From the NCBI RefSeq assembly GCF_001194135.2, contig NC_068994.1:970235-1033653 (forward strand): 63,419 bases of DNA, in the 5' to 3' direction. Every line of letters begins with the position of its first letter. Positions within the stretch are counted from its first letter, which is position 1. Positions 13,012-26,900 of this stretch are shown in pieces. Under the pieces are notes generated by a model. That model saw only the letters and a program-made list of their open reading frames with translations, did no database searches and had not been told where the DNA came from. The translations under genes and the position numbers were made by a program. The DNA is from Octopus bimaculoides (Eukaryota).

Positions 13012-15615
13012 ATGAAAACAAAAAATATTTCAATGGATTCCCATTATTTTATCATGTGGATTTTCTTCAAATATTATCTATTTTCGGTGGTTGGTGCTAA
13101 TTTAACCAATGAAGCAGACGACCTGCAATCTGCTGTAGTGAAGGCTCGTTGTACAGCTCTTTGTCTCGCTAAGGTAATTCGCCATCTTTATTTCATCTCG
13201 CCCTCCTCTATAAATTGTTTGTATTGAGTCTTGTTTCACGGATCAACACAGCACACGAATGACACTTAAACATAACACTGCAATAACGATCCCAATTTGT
13301 ATGCATCAGAGGTAGATAAAATAATACCAGTAATATACTGAAATCGAGTTAATCAGCTCCCTTCCCCTCATTACGAGAAAAGACCTTGTATATTTATTTC
13401 AGTATTAATCAATGCCCAGTTATCGATAATTTGTCAATATTGTCGGAATATATTGCTGTCCTCCTCGCTTCTTTCTTCTCTATTGCCATATGAGAGTTGG
13501 TTCAATCCTAGGAAGAATGGATAAAGATAAAGTTTATATTTGAGCACGTGACGCTGATCACGTGTAGCAAGTATTATCCAATCATATTAGCTTCTTAGCA
13601 CCCTAATTCACACTGACCTCGAAACAGACCTCAATGAATCTTACATGTCATTAAATATTTTCTTTCCAGTTTCCATGTCACGTGATTAAATAGGCGCCAT
13701 CTTTGAAGATTGCTTACGTTTTTATAAATCTTGCGAATTGATGTTTTTCTTCTTAAGACCCACATTGTACTAAAATTCAGCTAAATTAGTACCATATAGA
13801 ATAATTAAAGATCGTCGATTGATTCTCATTTGAACCAGAAATTGTGTCTACTTGTGTTTAAGGAAGACATTCTTTTAAACTGCCCATTATCGCCATCCTT
13901 CAATAGTACGAACAATTTGTTGTTGACCTCTCAACTATCGATCACTGAAGGGGAGGGGATCTTGTTCAAAACGCGGGCACCAGTTTTCATTTATGTTTTA
14001 TGTAGTGTTTTTGGTACCGAAAGACTTTCAAACTTCGTATACTTATCTATTTTGTGCTAGGGTTAGGGTTGAAGTAGATGCTTACTAAATCTTTTCGAAC
14101 TCAAATATACCGCAGGTGTTTCGTTTTGCTTGTGTATCGAACACTATTTTACATGGCCGCTGTTCAACAGGTTGCCTTTAAGAACAGGTAATACAATTCC
14201 TTAGGATGATGACTTAAATAGACTCATGTTCTTCAGAGAGGGACAGATTAACTTTCAATCAGTTTATACCAGTAGTAAATCAGATCGTTAAACAGGGGAG
14301 TGTCTGTAACTGAGGGAAAAACAAACGTGTGTAGGGACTTCATTTGCAAAGCACTTGTGTTTTAGTGTTCTCGACAGTGTTTATGGGCAAAAGATAAACA
14401 CATACAATGGATTTGTGTACAGCTTCTGTCTACCAAATACCCTTCGCAAAATATTGGGCTCGCCAAGTCTGCTAGAAGACATATGGCCAAGGTGCTGTGT
14501 TATAGGAATGAACGCAAAAATACTTAGTTACGAAACGAAGTCTTTACCTGCACAACCATAGCTACACTTTTTAACCATCCAATGCACCTGCAGACAACCA
14601 CTGTGTACCGTTTACCTGTCTCCATAGTATCATCTTATCGTTTATCATCTGGAGATGACTTAGTTACTCAAGAACTCCATCTCAAATAGCGATGGACAGA
14701 TTTAATGCAGAGAATCAACACTATTACAAGAAATAATTTGGAGTTGTCTCCCTTACTGTTTTCCTCATCGTACAAAAAATTCTTTAGTGCGCCAATCATT
14801 AAAAAAGTTCCTTGTTATTTTGATTCGATTAGTCATTACGGAATTGTTAGACTGATGACCAGGTGTTATGTTGTAGTTTTTCCAGACCTTCTGTTTTGAG
14901 TTCCAATCCTGCTGAAGTCCCCATCAGCCTTTCATCCTGGGATTGATAGGGTTAGTACCAGCCAACGACTGAGACAATTCCTCACCAACACGTCTTAACC
15001 TCTGGCCTTTAGACATGATGTGTCCTCTCCTTACTTTTACTACCACTACTATGGCCTCTGTTTTTCCCAGCTGTTAGGTTTCATACGATGCCTATACAGA
15101 TCTATTCAACTTTCTCTTCTCTCCTCATTACCCCACCCATATTGTCCACCTCTCACTAATCGCTTCTCATAATCGTCCTTTCCTGGAATGTATTCTGCCT
15201 GGAATTATGTCTTTACCAATGTTTTCTTTTTCCAGTGGTTGTTCAATACTTTCAAACCCCATTAAACTCACTAACCTGGGAACTCCAGTGAAGGTTATGG
15301 GTGCAGTGCCTTTCAATAGACAAAGAACATTGTGAAAAAACTGCCCTTGTCCCCACATTCCAATCTGTCATTCTCCAATTGTAATATTGATTTTTCACGT
15401 GAGGCCTTCATCTATGTGTGTTTTAGCTTCTATTTCTGTTATCTAGTTTGGTGTCCAGCAGTCAATGGAAGGAGAATTAGCTACATACAACCTTTACCGA
15501 CCATTTTACTGTCAAGATGACATCTGCCATCAGGTGAGTTCAGTTCTGGTGTGTGTTGTTCTTCCGGGGGAATTCCATAGATTAGCTTCCATAGCAAAAG
15601 GCAGAAATGAGTGGC

Positions 15616-15664
<49 letters not shown>

Positions 15665-17009
15665 ATAGGTAAACTGACAGACAAGATAGAGATAAGTAGA
15701 CAGAAAGTCAGATTAATAAAGAGAGGTAGACAGATAAACAGATAAAGACATAATGTTAGATAGATTGATTGGTAAAGAGAGAGAGAGGGAGATTACATGG
15801 TGTTGGTAACTGGAACTAATGGTGCAGCAATGAGAAACAAAACCAATGATTGGTTAATTAGATTTTTTAAATGGAATTCTTGTGGAAAACGCATATTTGC
15901 TGCCAATAAGATCCGTCATAGTTTCCAAAATGTAATAATGTTTTAACTGTCTTTGACTATTCCTATTTAGCTGTCTTTGAGTGTTCTTATTTAACAGGCT
16001 CTCTTACCATGTCATTGGAAGAAGAAAACTGAAGCAACATGTCTGAAAGATTGCGTAAGTTCTGTAAAACTTATTGGAACTAGTTTGGGTTAAACGGAAA
16101 ACTATTTTAGTTTCTTTTTGGTCTAATTTAATAAGTTCTGGCTATGGCTGTTGTTGGAGAATATAATTCAACTTTTACTCTGTTTGTGAAGGTACATGGC
16201 CTGGTGGTTAGAGTGGTGTACTCACAATCTTCAGATCGTGGGTTCAATTCTCAGAATGGTGGTGTGTTGTGTTCTTGAGCAAAACACTTCATTTCATATT
16301 GCTCTAAAGTTGAATGGGGACCAGTATGTCAAAGAATAGATCTGACATTCCCCCTGTGTCATAAAAGGGGTTGAAATAGGATTTGCACTCCAGTTTTGTA
16401 AAACCCTCACCATCAATGACTACCCAAATAGACGACCCTGAGTGGTGCAGAAGTGGCATCCACCAGGAGTCAAAGGGAATCACTAACATACCCCCATGCT
16501 ACCTATTTACTCCATTTAACCCTGACAAAGAAGGCATCCTCTACTGTGAAGACAATGTAATCCAGAGAAGACTCAAGTCTGAAGACATGACAACCTCTCT
16601 AATGCTGGTGCCACAGTCGACTGTCACCTGTACATTGTGTAAAGGGGTTGCTGTGAGGAAGGTCATAGGAACCATGGAAAAAACTGGCTCTTTAGAATCA
16701 CAGGCACAACTCATATTTTGCCTGCTGATTAGACTACTGGAGTGATGTAAAGTATCTTGCTTAAGGACACAGTGTGCCACTGGGTACCAAACTGATGACT
16801 TTTCAGTCAAGAGCTGAACACCTTAACCACTAAGTTGTGCGCACACACACACACACACACACACTGTCTGTCTGTTCTTCTCTCCTTCCCTCCCTCTCTG
16901 GCCGTCTTATATTTCTATTGTTTGTTTCAGCCTTCACAGCAATGCCGTAAAACATGTGCTTTGATTCAGTATTTGAAGGAATGGATCCACAACAACGACA
17001 GAATTCAGG
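13012..17009 (+). CDS. tor: RTK exons 1-4: signal peptide and Cys-rich N-terminal box
   Basis: Spliced: [47 protein letters not shown]|[29 protein letters not shown]|[19 protein letters not shown]|[26 protein letters not shown]. Confidence 0.85.
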
Positions 17010-20000
17010 GTGAGAAAATCAACTTTGCTATGCACGTTTTGCTGAGTGACTCCCTGAGTGTGAGATGATAATTAATTATGCCTCATTAAGTAAATCCATA
17101 ATTACAACTGATTGTTCTTTGTTTTTACTGCTTTTCTTTTAGAAATGGGAACTTTGTCTTCTGCGAACCATTCCACTGGCATTCAATTTATTGGGCCGAA
17201 CATCATCTGTAAACAAGACATGTGGTGGACTGACCAGTTATTCCTTCATTCTATCTACTACATTTACTGGAATATTACCTATAGCCACAAACAGCCTTCC
17301 CCTGGACCTATTGTTGTTCTGGTCTCGGTGAAACAAAACGATGACCAAAAATGGCATGTTGTGGCAAATGTAAGTAAAGAAGAGCTTTACTTTTAAGGTA
17401 ATGTTCATAGCCCTTTCAGGTTCTCAGGGAGTTTGCGGTGTGGCCCCAAGTGAGCCTTGGCCTAACAAAGCTATGAGGAAAGACACTCTAGTTATAAACA
17501 TCAATAGACAGTCTTTTGACCTGTCAGAAATACCAGCGAAATGTCCTTCACTGTGTGACCTGCCGTATTAGAACAGAAAGGGTTGGTAAAAGAATCTGAA
17601 ATTCTGTTGGTTTAATAATTGTAGGGAAAGCATAGACAATAGGGTGGATAAGATCCTGGATATTTGAAATTGTTGGGGGCAGGGGAGTATTTAAAAGAAA
17701 GTGGGCTGGGTGGGGATGGAATTGCTGTGAAATCTCTCACAAATTATAGCTTTTAATCATATAAAGAAAAAGACACAGAGGACAATGGAGTTCCTGACAA
17801 ATGGTGGTCATAGCTGGAATGTCTTTTATCAGGACTGATCCAGAAATAAATGACAATAATCTGAGGATGCCGGGTGAAATGCTTAGCGGTATTTCGTCTG
17901 CCGTTACGTTCTGAGTTCAAATTCCGCCGAGGTCAACTTTGCCTTTCATTCTTTCAGGGTCGATTAAATAAATACCAGTTACGCACTGGGGTCGATGTAA
18001 TCGACTTAATCCCTTTGTCTGTCCTTGTTTATCTCAGCCCCCTGTGGGCAATAAAGAAATAAATGTTTGTCCTCTTTTTCTATCTTTCAACCTACACCAA
18101 CTGTCTGTTCCCTATTTTTAGCTGTTCTTACACCAACTGATGTCCCCTATTCCTAACCCCTCAATAACTGATTGTGCCCGATATCTACACCTTACAGCCT
18201 CTGCCTGTCTTCTAGATTATAACTCCTCTTCTCCACTAACTGTATCTTCTCTTTGACTGCCAATCTTTCACTTTTCCTGTAGACCAGTCGTCCCCTTTTC
18301 CCAGTGAAATTGGACAACAATATGAGGTACTCTCTACGCTTGACAGCTGTCAGCCAGCATGGTGTTGTTGGTATGGGCTCAACAACATGGACAACACACA
18401 TACCAGGTAAGGACAGTTTGGTCACTCTTTAAGGACCAAGTGCTCAACACACAATCAAGACAAGGACAGTTTGGTCACCAAATACTCAATGCATGTGTCA
18501 GGTCAGGTACTTTATGCTAGAGGTATTATGCAACCCAGTAGAGATCATTTCATAATTAGCAACTGATATGAACCTCCATTTAGTTTAAAAGGTGAGCAAG
18601 GTTTGTGGACACCAAGCAGGATTAAAAATGAAACTTGTGAAAGAGAGTATAAGAACCTCTCACTGAGAAACCAGCCTGAGACCCTGAAAAGAGGGAGGAG
18701 ACAGATACCATTACTAGGTAATCTTCTTATTAAAATAACACAAACAATGGCAAATACTGAACTGATTAGGGTCCAAGATAAATTCTTAATTTGGCTGATA
18801 ACTGGGTAAGACAAAGTGGGAGGCTGGCTGCAACTCTTATGGCCTCCTTTAAGTGATGGAATTTGAATGAAAGGATATTGTCATTGGTAAGGATATAGTG
18901 GTCAAGTGGACTGGGGTTTGAACTCGCTGTTCAATCTATTGAAGGTATTTTTTTTCTATTGAATGGGCTGAACTTGTAATTCAAAGGATCCATGTTGCCA
19001 CATGCTGTGCCCAGGAGCTTTACATTAGAGTACAGATGTTTGTCGAATACTCTACTACTTACATGCTAATTTAGTGAGTACAGAGTTCAGTTGAGCCAAC
19101 GATTTGAATTCTCTTTTATCAAAACCAATCAGCATGTGATGCGTGCACACGCGCGCGCGTGTGTGTGTGTAGGTTAAAAGGTTGCTGCTGTTGAACTGGT
19201 ATGTGAAGCAAAAACACCTTCTGGTATTTATTCTTTCCCTGAGGGTCACAACTCTCCATCCTCCATTGTCAGTATTGCCACCAGTGACCCAATGGTCGAT
19301 CCATTGATCTGCTTGTGTTGACCAAAAATTGACAGACACTGAATAAAAGAATTGACCATTATAGTAGTGGTGCAGCAGTTGGATTGAGGTGAGAGAGAAG
19401 AGGTGGGTGACTGGCTGTTGTGCATTGCTCAAGAGAGATGGAGATGGTCAGTCTGTTTTGGACTGCACGTCTGGCCTTTCCAGCCATGTAGTGACTATGA
19501 TTAACCTTTTACAAACAGAAGCTAAAAAACCCCTTAAATCACACTCTTAGAAAAATAGTTACTCATGGGATAGTGTAGTCTTGGAAGTAGAATAGCTGAA
19601 ACTAAAAAGGTGGGACAGTCATATCTGGAAACTATTTGATAAAATTTGCTGTAGGGCTAAACAGCAACAACTTCATCCTTGTATATTATTTCTCACTTCC
19701 TCCCCACTCCTCCTCCTCTTCTTTCTCTTTTTTCCAGACCACCCCTTACCACAACCCATCCACAAGCTGGAGCTGATGGGGCACACCCTGAATGAAGACA
19801 CTATTACAGCCAAAATAAAATGGCAAACGAAACGAGGTGAATAATGTTTTCCTTTCATATCTTCATTGCGTTGACATCCTTTCCATGGCACATAACTGTC
19901 ACATAACACTAGCACACTTCTGTCACACTGTAACATGCCATTGTCACACTGATATCCTGTCTTCTCTTCTACTCTCAGACCAAAGCTGTTTCTATAAACT

Positions 20001-21127
20001 CAAATGGACCTCCTCCACTAAGGAGTTCAACTCAAAGAACCTTGGGGTGAGTATAATTACTGTGATGATGATAGTGGTTGTGATGGTGGTGGTAGTGGTG
20101 ATGGTGGTAGTGGTGGTGGTGGTGGTTAGTTTCAGATCAGCTCTGTTTGAACAATCACATTCAAAGAACTTCCAGCCATGACCAGCCCATCTTTTTTACA
20201 CCTTTGGATCCTTCCTTCTCCTTCAACTTTCTCCTTAGAATCTTCATTGTTCCTAACAAGGCTGTTTTATGTGTCAGCCTTGTTCTGATGGTAATTCCTA
20301 GCTTCTCAAGCCATGCATCCAACCTTTTATTAACTGCTTGCAGTGCACCAGCCACAATCGGTGCCATTTCTATGTGCCTTATTCTCTGGAGTTTCCTGAT
20401 TTTTCCTTCTTATTCATCCTTTCCTTCGTATTTATTCTGCAGTTCCAATATCACCAATAATTTGCTTGAGCGAGGTTGTTGCCAATGCTGCTGGACTGGC
20501 TCCTGTGCAGGTGGCACGTAAAAAACACCATTTGAGCGTGGCCGTTGCTAGTACCGCCTGACCGGCCCTCGTACTGGTGGCACATAAAAGCACCCATTAC
20601 ACTCTCAGAGTGGTTGGCGTTAGGAAGGGCATCCAGCTGTAGAAACTCTGCCAAATCAGATTGGAGCCTGGTGCAGCCATCCGGTTCACTAGTCCTCAGT
20701 CAAACCATCCAACCCATGCTAGCATGGAAAGCAGACGTTAAACGATGATGATGATGAACGATAATATGTGTAAGAGTCTGTTTATGTCTGTGTCTCTCCT
20801 AATAATATCTCTGCGTTTTTTTCCTCAGTTGCCCCTCAAACCAGAATATACTATAAAGGATCTTCACTTCTCTGACCGCTACAATTTATCTCTGATGGCC
20901 ACTAACCAGCAGTTTAACCAGTTCAGTAGTCCAGTAAATTTATCCTTCACCACACCCTCTTGCTTCACACTCACCAATTTTAGCTACACTCATTGTGGTA
21001 AGTACCCCCCTCTCTCTCTCTCTCTCTCTATTTAGCAATATAATTATTAGTAAGTATACATGTAATAAATATAAAATCTATATCGTGAATACTTCTTTTA
21101 TTTCATTAATAAACAAAAACAATTGCA

Positions 21128-21180
<53 letters not shown>

Positions 21181-23878
21181 GGATGGCTGTAATACTGAGT
21201 ATGAAGAATTTAAAAGGAAGGAGGGATGGGGAGAGGAATTGAGAGTGGGAGGGAGGGATGTATGGATGGTTGTAATACTGAGTAGTATGACTTTAAACGA
21301 GATCTGGTAGTGGGGCTCTGGTTGAGGAGTTCCAGGGTTTTGCTTCCCTTTTCCACTCCCACCCCACTCGACTTCACCATACCAGCTGTTATTATTCTCA
21401 CTGCCCCACCCCGCCTCACACTTAACGTCTAGTTTCAACTACTCGTTGCAGACGCCAGGGTAAACAACCCATGCAGTAACAGCAGTGGACTCATTAACAG
21501 AGTGGTGTCCCTTGCAGTAACTCTTAAATAATCGGATCTGTTTTTTTTCTATGTCGATCTTATTAAAAGAAATTGCTGCTATTACCTCAGCCGCCAGTTG
21601 TCTAGAAATTCCACCTACGAAATTCTGTGTAATAATGCCCAAAGTACATACACACACACCCACCTATACACACACACACGAAGTATATCTATATATAATC
21701 TCTTTCTAACCAGCTCCAGAATCCGTCCGTAACCTCCATTCCTGGAAAGCAGAAGTCAACAGAAATGGAAGCAACAGTTCAATTATCCATATTAAGTGGA
21801 AAGCGCCTGCCCACCTCTCAAACAGAAACCCAATCACCGGATACTTGGTCTCTTGGATGAAACTGGTGCCCCTTCTACAGGCACCTTACATAAAACCAGA
21901 CAGGGCTAGAATTCAACTTCCACCAGTATGTTTTCTATTATTTTACTCTTGTAGATATGTTTTATTTCAAAATATAAAATACGTTGGTTGTGGGGTTAAG
22001 TTGTTGGCTTTCAGGCCTATAGCCAATAAGTTCAAATCTTAGTTTAACCTTTGTGTTGGGTCTCTGCTGAATAATTCTCTATGTATCGGTTTGCCTGGCA
22101 GACAAATCCCTCGTTCAGTTCACAAATGATTGGTTAATGGTTGGAAGTTCAATCAGTTATCAAGACACCAATGTATTCACCCCCTTTAGGTCAGAAGGTC
22201 ACCTCCATATAGGTAAACTATACTGTCAGAAGGAAATTGAGAAATTTGTAGGCCCCCAGCAATTACAAGTACCATGAGGGGTTCATTCATAATTTCAAGC
22301 AGGGGTAGGAGCTCTCTGAACTCTGCCCAGCCTTATCTTATTCTCACAGCTATGCTCTCAGAGTATCCACATCTGCTACTAACTTGGTCACCTAGATAAT
22401 TATTTTCAAACTGGTAGAATGTGAAAGGATGAAAATTTGGTTATTATTTCTAGTGGTCCTTGTAACTACATAGAGGTTCCTTTGTTGTGTTCACTGATAA
22501 TGAAGGTTATGATGATCGTGAGCAGGAGGAGAAGGAAGAAAAATATAAGCCGTAGAAAAGCCATTTCAAGGTTAGTAGCTGCTAAGGTTCAAACCTTACC
22601 TCACTTTCATGTGCATGTTTATAGCTGTGGGGGAGTCCCCGAAAGATTTAGCTGAACTTTGGGCTCACTCTGCTATCAATCTATGCCCACTGCTTATCTC
22701 ATTCCCTGATGTTCTCTCCTACATCTGACAGGGTCCGACTTAAACTTTAATCTCCATCTAACTTTATATTAACATGTTTTCATCTTCCTTATCTTCTCTG
22801 TCAGGGGGCCCTTACCTGTGTCCTAAAAGGTCTACAACATGGCTACCAGTACAAAGTAACTGTACAGACAGTCTCCAAAGGGGGCCTCAGTCAACCAAAT
22901 GTCATTCTGCTGCAACCTGACAGTAAGTCATTGTTTTGTTTTCGTTTGTGTTGTTGTTAATGTTTGGACATGTTGCACGGGTGATGAGATGTGAAAATAT
23001 GTCTGCCAATAGGGGTCTTGGTGGCTGGGTCAACATTTATTTGGAATATTTGCTAATTAATTCAATGTTTTTTTTATTTATTTAATTACAGATGTTATGG
23101 CATTGGATCCTGTGGAGAGGAGGTTTGTGGCAACGCTCTGTGAGTTATTTCTGTCATAGTTCTTTGTTTATGATGACATTTATCACTGCTTGCCATCATC
23201 ATCATCATCATCATTCTCATCATTGTTTGTTGCTGTCTTCATCATGTATCCCATCATCATCATTATCATCACCACCATCATCATTGTCATTGCCATATGA
23301 AAGTTTTGTAGTTTTCCCTCTTATATTTGTTGACATCTTTTTTTAATTGTAGCCAAAGAATTATTTTCAGTTTCTACATTCTGGTTACCTCTATTTCAAG
23401 ATGTTTGTCTTTCAAACATTTCTCCATTTCTTTCAGATGATTATTATTATTATTATTATTATTATTATCATCATCATCATCATTATTATTGTTAAGGTGG
23501 TAAGCTGGAAGTTAGTGCATGGAACAAAATGCTTTGCAGCATTTCTTCAGTTCCTTACATTCTGAGTTCAAATTCCACTGAGGTCAATTTTGCTTTTCAT
23601 CCTTTTAGGGTGGGTGATGTAATCGCCTTCCCCTTCCCTGCAAAATCTGCTGGCCCAGAGCCAAAATTTGAAACCATTGGGTGAACTGGCAGAATTGTCA
23701 GCACACCAGAAAAATTGCTTTGCAGCATTTTGTTCATCTTTATGTTCTAGGTTCAAATGATGCTGAGGTCGATTTTGTTTTTCATCCTTTCAGGGTCGAA
23801 AGTACCAGTTGAGAAGTGGGGTCATAAACGTCTTACTCCCTCCCCTCAATTTGTTGGCCTTGTACCAAAATTTGAAAC

Positions 23879-23915
<37 letters not shown>

Positions 23916-26900
23916 CAGATCCCTTTGATGTAAAAGTGTCCACCCTACTTACCATGGTCATCCCTATCTCACTGATGTTGCTGGCTTTAGTGGTCACTCT
24001 AATGTTTCTCTTGATTAACCATCACAAGAATGTCCATTCTATTTGTGGTAAAAGTCACCATACAAAGGTAAGTTGGATCACCACCATTGATTCATTAGTC
24101 TTACCATTTCATTCATATATAAAAGACAGGCTAACCGCATTTTAGTCTCTCATTACTGCTTGGTCAATTCAGACTAAGCGGGGTAACTATTAAATCTTGT
24201 CCCAAGCCTACAAGCCCTTTGGGTGCAAGCTATGTATTGCATAATATATGCAGTGCACAATGCAGCCAAGTTTCAGGTGAATTACAGGTAAGTCTCACTT
24301 CAGTTTGCCACCATTGCATTGCAATGTTTTTAATTGTAGGACATTGAGAAACCCCGCTGTGCGAAAAGGGTCCCAGCACAACCATCCCTACAGTGCAAAG
24401 ACTCTTATGTACTGGACCCGAATCAAGTACACTTGATGGATGTGATTGGTGAAGGAGCCTTTGGGAAGGTGATGCGGGCTAAATACATCAGTTCTACTTT
24501 GCCAGGTATCAAGACTACTGTTGCTGTCAAAATGTTGAAAGGTAAGAAAATAAAATCAACAAAAAAAACAACTTCTTTATGATTTTGTTATTGAGGTTTG
24601 GTCAGTTCTCAGGATATAAACATTGCTTCTGTCTGACCTCAGGTAGTTTTACTTAGTGATGATTAAGGTATGGTGGTGTGGAGAAGATATGTTACTCTTT
24701 CACCTCAGGCCTGATCTAAGACACATATGGTATGTAGGTGGTCAGTCTTTTGGCTATGTTAAATCAAAAGATCTATTGCTCCTGAACTGGCTGTATTTAT
24801 ATTTACTCTCTTGGTCCATTTTTTTTTCTCTCCCAAGAAGAATGGTGTCTTGCCATGGTGCCATTAATTGAATGTAGAGCTTTGTCTGCTTTGAGCTGAT
24901 CTTTTTCATTTTGTGATGATCAGGTGTCCAATACAGGATGCCTTTACTGTGGAACCCTTCACCTGTTGAGAGGGTTCGTTTATTCATTCGATTCCACTGA
25001 ATAGTTAACCTTTCAATAAATTAGATTCTATAACATCTTTAATCAGATCTCAACCTAACAAATGAAATGAGAGAGAAAAAATGTTTAAGGTTCAAAACCA
25101 ATAAAATTTAGGTGGAAACTCTTCCTCTATAAATGAGCGAGGATAATTGTTTGAAATGAAGGGAATACTGTTTGGTTGCCATTGGTTACACTGAATCTAT
25201 TTGCTGTTGGTTAATTCTTCAGACAATGCCAGTTACAATGACAAAAAGATGCTGTCCTTTGAGATTAGTGCCATGAGGGATCTTGGTTCCAACAGACACA
25301 TTGTCAGTCTCATTGGTCACTACTGTGTTAGGAACCAACCGGTTCTGGTGTTGGAATATTGTCCACTGGGGGATTTACAGAATTACCTGAGGAAGTTCAG
25401 GGACAAGGTAAGTGGGCTCACCTTCATCATTGTTTCATTGGGGGCCACTTTCAGATATTAATGAGACCTCATCCCTGAGAATTTCCATTAGACACTTCCT
25501 TGTTCTTGCGCTGTGTGAATTTCATGTGTTGGTGCACCTGTTTATTGTTACATGCATTTACCTGTTGTTAGGTGCACCTCTGTTATATGCTGTTGTCACC
25601 AACATTTGTTTGCTGTTATGTGCATCTGCTGGTTATGCATATGTGTGGGTTTGGTGTGGGTGTGTTGTGAAATTTTGTCTTTTTCTTCGTTGTTGTTGTT
25701 GTTTTGCCAGACGTTAACCTTGAATAAGCAGACCTGTGATCAAAAGCTTCAGTAGCTCAGGTGTAGTAGTAGAAGAGGCGTGACAGCAATTGTGTGTGCT
25801 TTCTCTTTTTAAGATGGTGGAGTGTAATTAGAGGTATGATTTGAGTGCTATTTCTATCAGGTGGGCAACCATAAAGAGGTCCCCTCACTGGTCCCACAAT
25901 GGGATTATGTTTATGTGTGAAGGCATATGTGTGTGTGTGTGTGTGTGTGTGAATCTGCATGAATTCCTCTCCTTGTTTTCCACTACTGTCTTCCCCCTCC
26001 CTCCATTACAATCAGCCACTCTCTTTCTCTAACTTACCTCACTACTACTGCTGCTACGCCCTCCCTTTCCTGTCTAACCTCTCTCTCCTTAGGACCCCCA
26101 CACTGCTAGAACCACCCAATATGGTTACCAGAATGATCCTGGGCCTGGCAGCAGCAACCATTTGAAAGGTATATATAATGTTTATTTATTCATTTAATTA
26201 TATTTATTATGCATTGATGACACTTATTGAAACCCTGCACCATAGATTCAGGGCTTCGTTAGAGTAAAATGACTTGATTGCTAATTATCATCAAGTTCCA
26301 GTTTGTTTACTATTAACACTATGGCTTCACTGTATACTGGGTCTTTGTATCCATTTGTACCATTTCCTTGCAGTAACATCCACCACCACCATCACCATTC
26401 ACCACCACCTATCCTTGGGTACCTTCAGTAGGGTCCACACTGTTGTCACCCACTACTTGGCCCTTTCTTGGTTGTATTCATTGAAACATTTGGACCATGT
26501 CTACTGTCAGAGAATTAGTTCCTCTCTTCAGGCCGTCCCTCTCAGAGATCCTTTAAATGGTTAAAAGTGCTGTTCTACCTGCCACCAATTCCACAAAGAT
26601 CATATATGTTACCTGTGTCCTACCTGAACTATTAGAAAACAATAATCTGTCTAGAGCCTGCAGTTGCTACCCTGGGAAGCCCAGTCACAAATATTCCCTA
26701 AATTTAATTCTTATGAAACTCTTTCAGATTGTTGTTTATGAAGTGGATTCCTTCAAAACCAACTTGACTGATTCCTTTCTTTCTTTTTCAAGAATTTCCA
26801 GAAATGACATTCACTACAATGTTGTCATACATTCGACAGATTGCCATTGGGATGGTGAGTTGTGCTGGAGGCTTTATTAATCGATCACTCCTGATTATTG

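Noticed and set aside
16192-16320. tRNA-like sequence with A and B boxes
   Set aside because: No complete cloverleaf, and it continues into a SINE body, so it is a SINE head and not a tRNA gene.
18603-18809. ORF with a downstream GT donor in RTK intron 6
   Set aside because: No FN3 or Torso similarity and no good acceptor. The model is phase-complete without it.
25711-25760. Possible extra kinase-insert exon (ttttgccag|ACGTTAACC...)
   Set aside because: Stops occur in all three frames before a usable donor. Exon 25407 joins 26093 cleanly without it.
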